Below are positions 38,156 to 45,141 of a stretch of 64,000 nt of DNA, piece after piece (the first letter of the stretch is position 1; every line of letters begins with the position of its first letter). A program made the translations under genes and the position numbers. The notes under the pieces were generated by a model, which saw only the letters and a program-made list of their open reading frames with translations, had not been told where the DNA came from and searched no databases. Source of the stretch: a virus (Duplodnaviria; Caudoviricetes); the IMG/VR virus record IMGVR_UViG_3300021431_002979, positions 1,649 to 65,648 of that record; one strand, 5' to 3'.

Positions 38156-38185
38156 AAAAGAGTCCGTTTAAACGGACTCTTTTTT
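38156..38185. terminator. Bidirectional terminator between ardA and the MTase-like gene
   Basis: AAAAGAGTCCGT-TTAA-ACGGACTCTTTT. Confidence 0.8.
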
Positions 38186-40075
38186 GTTTAACACTTTATA
38201 TATTCTTTTAGCAGTTTCAATAGCATAGGGCTGAAAAATACTTCTGCCCGCTCTTTCATACAACGCAGAATTAGACAATCCCGTATTAATCATAGCGTCT
38301 ATATCTGCTTCTTTGATACCTTGCAATCTAAAAACTTCCCGTGGGGTTAATTTTCTCAACTTACCATATTGAACAACCAATGGCACATTGTTACCACCCG
38401 TACCCATTGAGGCTGTTAAGGTTGGTACATATCCATCAAATCTCCTAAAATAGCCACGTCTGTATTGAAAGATAGATGTTTCTGTATCATACGTGTAACT
38501 TGTTGGTCTGAGAGGAAAAATGTTCTCGGTGGGTTTTTCTCTAAGATGTCCGACAATGAATACCCTTTCTCTGATGATGGGGTAGCCAAAATCTTTTGCG
38601 TTTGGACAATGCCATTCGACATCGTACCCCAATTCGTCCAACTTCCTGAGTATTGTTCTAAAGGAGTTTCCTTTATCATGATTTAACAATCCTTTCACAT
38701 TTTCAAACCAAAACATTCTTGGTTTTTTTATTTCTAACATTTTCGCTAGTTCCCAAAACATTTGCCCACGGGGGTCTGTGGATTCAAAGCCCATTCTGTC
38801 ACCAGCAATAGAAAACTTGGCACAATTATGAGCAATACAATTATTAGCAACAAAAGAATGATTTTCCTCTACAGTAATATCATAAACAAGTTCTCGAACA
38901 TTGGCTTTTTCAACTTTCTTTATTGGAAACCAAATATATCCATTTTCATAAAAAGCCTTGTCTTGGGAACTTATTTCTTTTTTAAATTCTACAATATAAA
39001 AAGGACGGCAATTAACGGTTCTACCCTCAATAACACGGGTTTTTGCATTGTTTCTAAAATAAATAGACGTTGGACGACGATAAACTTTCGCAACAACCTG
39101 CGAAAAAGTATACGCTAATTTTTGACTAATTGTAGTAATACGATATTTTTTTTGTTTTGTAAAATAACCGTCACTATCAAGATACCCCTCAATAATTTTA
39201 GATAAATATTTAGGGCTTAAATCAATAAACTCTTGTGGTATAAATTTATTTTCTGCACCTTTACCCATTTTTGCAAAAAAATTAGCCATTTCAACGTTCG
39301 AGAAAATATATTTATTAACAGTTTTTTCTTCAACTTTAGTATAATGATATTTTTCCCCAATAATCGTTTCAAACTTGTCGGCTTTGTGTTTACCACAGCA
39401 AACAATTACTCCACCAACACCTGTGCTACGGTCTTTACGTGCTCTAATCCAACCGTCTCCCAAATATCTACCTGCCAAATACCAAATAGTTTCTTCAGAT
39501 AAATCAATATTAGTATATTCCGAAGTACATGGCTCATTATTTTTATCATTAACGGGGAAACCCATATAATATTCTTTTGTTAAATTTTTACATTCAACCC
39601 ACGTCGGATTCGTAAACTTACGAACATTTTTATGCCCTTCTCTATATTTTTTTCTAACATAAAAAAGATGATTTTCTGTAGTTCTTAACCCCGCAGTAGC
39701 CATAGCATCAACGTCCCAAATTTCCTTTTCGCCTTGCTCTAATATTGCGGAAACTGCTTTATATGTTCCGTCATGTGTAAGAACCTTATCACCATTTTTA
39801 ATGTCTTTTATTGCAACCAACCCATCGTCTGTAATTACCAAAGTATCTCCTGTAAAGCAAGGAAATCCCCCGCAAAGCAAATCCATATCAGGCAATGTAT
39901 TATAATCAAATGTTCTTATATCGTCAGGGAAAGGCTCGTCACCATGTATTGCTTTATAACAAATCTGAGCGTCTTTATTATAATCAGAACTAAACACACA
40001 TTCTGAATCCACATGGTTCAATGCCATTCTAAATCCACCAATGCCACAGAACATATCTGCATATTTTATAGTCAT
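38168..40075 (-). CDS. C5-cytosine DNA methyltransferase homolog with intein; candidate carboxymethyltransferase
   Basis: Motif I DMFCGIGG; motif IV GGFP|C(AKFSIAG) split by intein; motif VI ENVKG; motif VIII RERVF; motif IX LTPRE..RLQG; motif X AGRS (canonical GNS); ~290 aa after splicing. Confidence 0.85.
   Translation of the reverse strand: MTIKYADMFCGIGGFRMALNHVDSECVFSSDYNKDAQICYKAIHGDEPFPDDIRTFDYNTLPDMDLLCGGFPCFTGDTLVITDDGLVAIKDIKNGDKVLTHDGTYKAVSAILEQGEKEIWDVDAMATAGLRTTENHLFYVRKKYREGHKNVRKFTNPTWVECKNLTKEYYMGFPVNDKNNEPCTSEYTNIDLSEETIWYLAGRYLGDGWIRARKDRSTGVGGVIVCCGKHKADKFETIIGEKYHYTKVEEKTVNKYIFSNVEMANFFAKMGKGAENKFIPQEFIDLSPKYLSKIIEGYLDSDGYFTKQKKYRITTISQKLAYTFSQVVAKVYRRPTSIYFRNNAKTRVIEGRTVNCRPFYIVEFKKEISSQDKAFYENGYIWFPIKKVEKANVRELVYDITVEENHSFVANNCIAHNCAKFSIAGDRMGFESTDPRGQMFWELAKMLEIKKPRMFWFENVKGLLNHDKGNSFRTILRKLDELGYDVEWHCPNAKDFGYPIIRERVFIVGHLREKPTENIFPLRPTSYTYDTETSIFQYRRGYFRRFDGYVPTLTASMGTGGNNVPLVVQYGKLRKLTPREVFRLQGIKEADIDAMINTGLSNSALYERAGRSIFQPYAIETAKRIYKVLNKKESV
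38825..39859 (-). mobile_element. Intein with LAGLIDADG homing endonuclease (345 aa)
   Basis: Starts CFTGDTLV, ends VYDITVEENHSFVANNCIAHN before Cys+1; LAGLIDADG-like blocks YLAGRYLGDG and IIEGYLDSDG. Confidence 0.92.
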
Positions 40076-40797
40076 TAATAACCTTCCTTTATAGCTACTA
40101 TTCCTTCAAAATTCAAACAACGCCAAAAAGTTTCTATTTGTTTAAATCCTGCTTGTTTTAACAAATCCACATTCCAAGCAGAAGTACAAGGAACTAATAC
40201 ACCTTCCAACGATTTTTTCTTTCTATCAATAGACTCATAACTATAACCATTTGCATTTTTAATAGAATAGTACGAATCCACTAACAAATTGTTTATGACA
40301 GAATTAGAACCCATAACTTTTTCTACAAATATAAACATACCATTTGGTAACAAGGAATTATATATATCTGTTAAAATCTCTTGTCTGTATTCCATAGGCA
40401 CAAACTGCAAAGTGAGTATAGACGTAATATAATTCATTTTGGTAAAATTAGGAACATTCTTCAACCCGTCTCTTACGTCAAAACAACATATGCAAGTGTT
40501 AGGTCTGTCTGCAAACTTACTTTTAGCTTTATCAATCATAGGCTCGCTAATATCAATACCATATAAATTAATAGGCTCATTTGCAAACAATTCCATATTT
40601 ATTCCATTAGAACAACCTATATCGAGCAAGCTGTAATTTTGATTACAGTTTATTTTCATATCTTTTGTAACCAATAATCTAGTCAAATCTCTCATTCTAT
40701 GATAATCGGGAATTGACCGTTCAAGCATATTCTCAAAGCACTCAGCTACTTCTTGATTAAATTCCCATTTACCTTTTGGCACTACATTGTCTAACAT
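40075..40797 (-). CDS. cmoA: CmoA-like carboxy-SAM synthase/class I SAM-binding protein
   Basis: WEFNQEVAECFENMLERSIPDY, LDIGCSNG, TLQF, FVEK, KNANGYS, AGF..FWRCLNF all follow the CmoA pattern; TAATG overlap with the MTase gene. Confidence 0.78.
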   Translation of the reverse strand: MLDNVVPKGKWEFNQEVAECFENMLERSIPDYHRMRDLTRLLVTKDMKINCNQNYSLLDIGCSNGINMELFANEPINLYGIDISEPMIDKAKSKFADRPNTCICCFDVRDGLKNVPNFTKMNYITSILTLQFVPMEYRQEILTDIYNSLLPNGMFIFVEKVMGSNSVINNLLVDSYYSIKNANGYSYESIDRKKKSLEGVLVPCTSAWNVDLLKQAGFKQIETFWRCLNFEGIVAIKEGY

Positions 40798-40851
40798 TTG
40801 CTACCCACCTTTTTTTTTGTTTATATTATATTTTTTTGCCCACTAAATTGT

Positions 40852-40881
40852 AAAAGCCCTATATTACTATAGGGCTTTTTT
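40852..40881 (-). terminator. Rho-independent terminator
   Basis: AAAAGCCCTAT/ATAGGGCTTTT. Confidence 0.7.
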
Positions 40882-41337
40882 GTTATTTATTGTTATATAC
40901 AAATCATATTGATAATAATCTCGCATGATAAAAAGATATTGTTTTTGATTATATATGCCTCGACCTTTATGTGTTAATACTCTGTTTTTTCTATTAGGTA
41001 TCTTAAGCCATTGTTTTAAAAAATACTCATACGACGACAACACTTCTACATGATTTTCACCGAAAGGATTTCCCGTCGAAACCATACCAAACCAACTATT
41101 ATGAAATTTATCATAATCGGGTTCATAATTATCATAATCTTCTTTGGTCATATTATCAAAAAAACCTTCTATTTCAGAATTTTTATCATAATCATAATAT
41201 TTAAAGAATAATGCTATTTGATTATTTCTCAATTCTTTTAAAACTTGACGGGTTATGTTATGTGCAATTATCCACTTTTCGTCAAACAATTCTTGATACA
41301 ATCGTTTTTCTTCTTCTATAGTAAAATTTATTAACAT
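40867..41337 (-). CDS. Hypothetical protein
   Basis: 156 aa ORF abutting the upstream small gene; no recognised motif. Confidence 0.55.
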   Translation of the reverse strand: MLINFTIEEEKRLYQELFDEKWIIAHNITRQVLKELRNNQIALFFKYYDYDKNSEIEGFFDNMTKEDYDNYEPDYDKFHNSWFGMVSTGNPFGENHVEVLSSYEYFLKQWLKIPNRKNRVLTHKGRGIYNQKQYLFIMRDYYQYDLYITINNKKAL

Positions 41338-41523
41338 TCATTTAACCTCGCCCACAATTTCAAAATTTTGCGTTATTTTTATAATTTTATAAGGAGCATA
41401 TGCGGGTTGGTCAAACTTTGCAAATTCCACCGCTTCTTTATAAGTATCAAAATATATAATGCTTATGTGTCCCATTTTATTCATAGTACAATAATTTATT
41501 TTTTCTTTTAAATTTTCTTCCAT
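41338..41523 (-). CDS. Hypothetical small protein
   Basis: 61 aa ORF with AAGGAGG RBS. Confidence 0.55.
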   Translation of the reverse strand: MEENLKEKINYCTMNKMGHISIIYFDTYKEAVEFAKFDQPAYAPYKIIKITQNFEIVGEVK

Positions 41524-41553
41524 ATTTAATCCCTCCTTTTATATTTATTATAT

Positions 41554-41588
41554 AAAAAAAGAGGCTTTTTAAAAAGCCTCTTTTTTTT
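41554..41588 (-). terminator. Terminator ending the baseplate operon
   Basis: Perfect palindrome AAAAAAAGAGGCTTTTTAAAAAGCCTCTTTTTTT. Confidence 0.8.
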
Positions 41589-41694
41589 GTTATTCGTTAA
41601 GTGCTTTATTTACTGCTTCTTCAGCCCATTTTTTACGGTAGCTTCGTCATATTTATCATATATCAAATTTATAACTAAAATGACAACATCTATA

Positions 41695-42348
41695 TTAGAA
41701 GGTTAATTTCCAAACAATTGTTAAACGAGATTGGTCAATTTTATTCCAAACTTTAACCGTCTTATAATTGAAAAGTACTCCGCTATCTTTACCTTCTCCT
41801 GCATTCCAATCCTGTGCGTCGCCACCATACAAACCCATTTCTGTTATGGGCCCGTTACCTTCATTCTCATAGAATGTAGTAGTAATCTTCAAAATATTTG
41901 TCAAAGAAGAAGTCTCGTTACCTGCAGCGTCAACAAAACACCAAGAAGTAAAAGGTTTACGATAAAACTCACCTACAAGCTTAGTAGTGGTAAGTGTCTC
42001 AGAAGGTGGGTCTTGCAAATCCCACTGAGTGGTATCTACATTATTAGTCCTTTCATCGTAAGGTTTATCAGGGTCTTGAAGTACACCTACACCCAAAGCC
42101 AAATACTGCAAACCACGGTCTAAAAAGTTACCTTGGAAAGCGGGGTCAGTAGCACCCGTAATAGCACCTGGAGCCATTCTCGCTGCCATTAATTTAGAGG
42201 CACTATCTACAATCAAGTTCTGAATAGTTTCAGATTTAATCAGCTTACCACCAACGAGCTTACCATTAATAAACTCACCGCCCTGATGTTCATAAAAAGT
42301 AATCTGACCTTTTATATTTTTTGTATCAATAATTTCTTGAAAATTCAT
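41695..42348 (-). CDS. Baseplate/tail-fibre attachment structural protein
   Basis: NLIVD..LQYLALGVG..ITEMGLYGG..LTIVWKLTF pattern of myophage baseplate-distal proteins; operon position. Confidence 0.55.
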   Translation of the reverse strand: MNFQEIIDTKNIKGQITFYEHQGGEFINGKLVGGKLIKSETIQNLIVDSASKLMAARMAPGAITGATDPAFQGNFLDRGLQYLALGVGVLQDPDKPYDERTNNVDTTQWDLQDPPSETLTTTKLVGEFYRKPFTSWCFVDAAGNETSSLTNILKITTTFYENEGNGPITEMGLYGGDAQDWNAGEGKDSGVLFNYKTVKVWNKIDQSRLTIVWKLTF

Positions 42349-42362
42349 TTATTAAATCCCCT

Positions 42363-44363
42363 TTATTCTTTTTCTCGAACCACAATTAAAGGTTCAATAA
42401 ATTCCATTTTAACAGACAATGTATCATAGTAATCATCAACAGGAACGTCATTAAACACAAGGCACTGTACTGTAGCACCTGCGTCACCTGTATTATATAC
42501 GGTAAAAATTTCATCCTCGTCAACGTCAGCATAAATATCACCAATGCTACCCTGTTCAATATTCATTGCAGAAGTTACAATTGGTGTACCCAAAGACAAA
42601 CGATAACGTTCGCCAAATTCAGTAGAAGAAACCTGAACACCATTCTGACCGTCAAGTGTTACATTCATATAATTGATATTCTTCCAAGTTTCAGAATACA
42701 TATCAATTACAACCCACTGAAATTTATTGCCTGTGGTTGAAACAATATTGCTATACCCGTCGGTTTTTAAACCTGTATTATATACATACATTTGGTCTTC
42801 TACAAATTTAACAAAAATTTCACCATTACGACCTTCTGTATTATCAATAGCAGTTACTTGTACAAAATATCTATCGTCATCAAGTGTAAATGGAAGGGTA
42901 ATTGCTGTACCGTCCATGCCACTAAATACACCTTCACCGCTAAATACTGTTTCATTATCCACAGCAATAGCTTCAAAATTCATACGAAGTCCTTTAGCAC
43001 CTGTATTATATACACGGAATTTATCTGAGAATTTATTGATATAATAATCACCCATTGTACCTTTATCTTCCCAATCATAATCAATACAAGTAGAAAGTAC
43101 ACAATAGTCGTGATTTTTAAGTTTCCTACCAACATAATATTTATTATGCTTGTGATAAGCAATTTTCTTATCTTCATCCAATGGGTCAATCATTCCACCC
43201 GAGGTTGTACCCCACTGATGGAACATTTCTACGCCATAGATTTCTTTATCATAAATGGACGGCATATCAGAATCAAGATTACGCATAATATTACGCATAT
43301 TCTCCCAATCATATGCCAAACGATAAATTTTATTACGAAGAATTGTTTGGTCTTGATAATATTCTTCCAAACGGGTATAGATTTTATCATACTGAGCTTC
43401 ACTCATTGTAGCCAAATGACGCAAATCTTTAATATTATCCTCATAAATAATATTAGAATACTTAGCGTCAGGTCTATCGGCTGTTGGAGTAACTTCTTCA
43501 CTCACATAATCTATACCGCCCATTGGATTGTACTTAGGGTCATAACCACTATTGTTATAACGTAAAATATTAAATAAAGGAATAGCATATACATAACCAT
43601 CAATAGTATGAATACGCTGATTATTAACAAGTCCTTCACCTGCAATAAACAAGTAAGGGTCATAATCTACAGGCTTGAAATAATAATTATCTGTACGATA
43701 ACCTGTTTGTGCTAATGGATGAATTTTTTCATTTGGTTCGCCATTAGGTTTAATGAACCCGTTTTCACACCAATCGTCATAGTCCTCATAATGTGAAATT
43801 GTCCACTGTAACTGAACTCTACGAGAAGTTTCTGCATTAATTCTCTCGTCCATAATATTAAATTCCATAGAAGAATTTGCGTCATAACCATACTTAGGAA
43901 TTGCGTCATTTTGCTTCAATTCAGCAAACCAAAATTCAATAAATACGAAATCATGACGGAAACCACCAATTGGAGGATTCGGCAATCTTACAGGAATATT
44001 AATATGGTCAGGTTCAGTATTTCTGTAATACTGATGATGAGTTAAATAACCATTACATACTGTTTTGAATGGTGGTAACTCAAACCCATTTAAATGTTCT
44101 TTGTCATTGTTTATAATCTTAAAGCACTTTTTCAAGTTGCTTTCAGTATCAATTGTTAAGACACCGCTTTTTGTAATTTCTCGCAATGTTTTAGCCGCGT
44201 TCTCAACTTGAATCCACTGTTTTTCATTGGTTTCTCGTTCAGTAACGTAAGCGTCTGTACCAACATTCAATGCGACAAAATGAGTGTCGTCTTTAAAAGA
44301 ACCCTTAATAGGTTGCATAAATGTTGGGTTGTAATCTACTAATGGACTACTTGGCATTAACAA
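42363..44363 (-). CDS. Virion structural protein, paralog of the 33702 N-terminus, with three C-terminal repeats
   Basis: ERETNEKQ, VFIEFWF, DERINAETSRRV, YVYAIPLF shared with 33702..37289; three G..G.(I/Y)..VYNTG units. Confidence 0.55.
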   Translation of the reverse strand: MLMPSSPLVDYNPTFMQPIKGSFKDDTHFVALNVGTDAYVTERETNEKQWIQVENAAKTLREITKSGVLTIDTESNLKKCFKIINNDKEHLNGFELPPFKTVCNGYLTHHQYYRNTEPDHINIPVRLPNPPIGGFRHDFVFIEFWFAELKQNDAIPKYGYDANSSMEFNIMDERINAETSRRVQLQWTISHYEDYDDWCENGFIKPNGEPNEKIHPLAQTGYRTDNYYFKPVDYDPYLFIAGEGLVNNQRIHTIDGYVYAIPLFNILRYNNSGYDPKYNPMGGIDYVSEEVTPTADRPDAKYSNIIYEDNIKDLRHLATMSEAQYDKIYTRLEEYYQDQTILRNKIYRLAYDWENMRNIMRNLDSDMPSIYDKEIYGVEMFHQWGTTSGGMIDPLDEDKKIAYHKHNKYYVGRKLKNHDYCVLSTCIDYDWEDKGTMGDYYINKFSDKFRVYNTGAKGLRMNFEAIAVDNETVFSGEGVFSGMDGTAITLPFTLDDDRYFVQVTAIDNTEGRNGEIFVKFVEDQMYVYNTGLKTDGYSNIVSTTGNKFQWVVIDMYSETWKNINYMNVTLDGQNGVQVSSTEFGERYRLSLGTPIVTSAMNIEQGSIGDIYADVDEDEIFTVYNTGDAGATVQCLVFNDVPVDDYYDTLSVKMEFIEPLIVVREKE

Positions 44364-44424
44364 TTCAGTCCTTTCTATATTTTCTTCTACCTAAATAATA
44401 TTGTGACACAAGGAAATTATCGCT

Positions 44425-45141
44425 TTATTTCAACAAAACTTGGTAAGCATACACAATATTATCGTGATTTACCTTATTTTTAATTTTGACATATAACTTG
44501 TCAATACCGTCGTCAACAATTTTATTATTTTTCTTAGCTTTAACAAAATGTTCACCATCATAAGAGAACATATATTCTACGTCATCTCTGCTATCTACAC
44601 GAATAGCAAATTCCTTGTTGTCACCAATTTTAATTGGTGTGGTTACAACATAACTATCTTTTAGTAATCTAATCTCACTATCATTTGCCTGTACATTCAA
44701 ACTCTTATCAAAATCAACGAAATCAACAAGATTAAATTCATACATCATACAATCATTATATTTTTCGTGTTCAAGCATATAACGTTGCTTATGTTTCATA
44801 ACATCAATCTTATTAAATTTATCAGGATAGTGCATAAAATCAACAGTATCATGAACTGTAATTTTTTTTGTTAAAGGCTTTGCGTCTCTTTTGTCTGTAG
44901 TTGGCATACCATGTTTATCTACATACCATTTTAGACCACCTTTGTTTTCGTCTACCCAATATTCTTCTTCTATATCTTTGGTAAGCATAGACACGTCGTC
45001 TACACGTATGCCCGTAGTGAACGGTTTTACCCGTTCACTATATCCACAAGCATAATCGTTACCTTCTTCAAACAATACATACATTATATTGTCACTCGCT
45101 TTCTTGTCGCAATACCGTAATGTCACCTGTAGTTTCGTCAA
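44425..45141 (-). CDS. Hypothetical virion protein
   Basis: 238 aa ORF within the baseplate operon. Confidence 0.5.
   Translation of the reverse strand: MTKLQVTLRYCDKKASDNIMYVLFEEGNDYACGYSERVKPFTTGIRVDDVSMLTKDIEEEYWVDENKGGLKWYVDKHGMPTTDKRDAKPLTKKITVHDTVDFMHYPDKFNKIDVMKHKQRYMLEHEKYNDCMMYEFNLVDFVDFDKSLNVQANDSEIRLLKDSYVVTTPIKIGDNKEFAIRVDSRDDVEYMFSYDGEHFVKAKKNNKIVDDGIDKLYVKIKNKVNHDNIVYAYQVLLK

Noticed and set aside
5660-40870. Recurring (A)TAGTA motif upstream of recJ, clpX, the 23975 gene and cmoA as a phage-sigma promoter
   Set aside because: Too short and AT-rich to separate from background by eye; it needs motif-enrichment statistics on the whole genome.
41590-41694. Short coding-like fragment (YRKKWAEEAVNKALNE) before the terminator
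   Set aside because: No in-frame start or RBS; at most a gene remnant, and unsupported.
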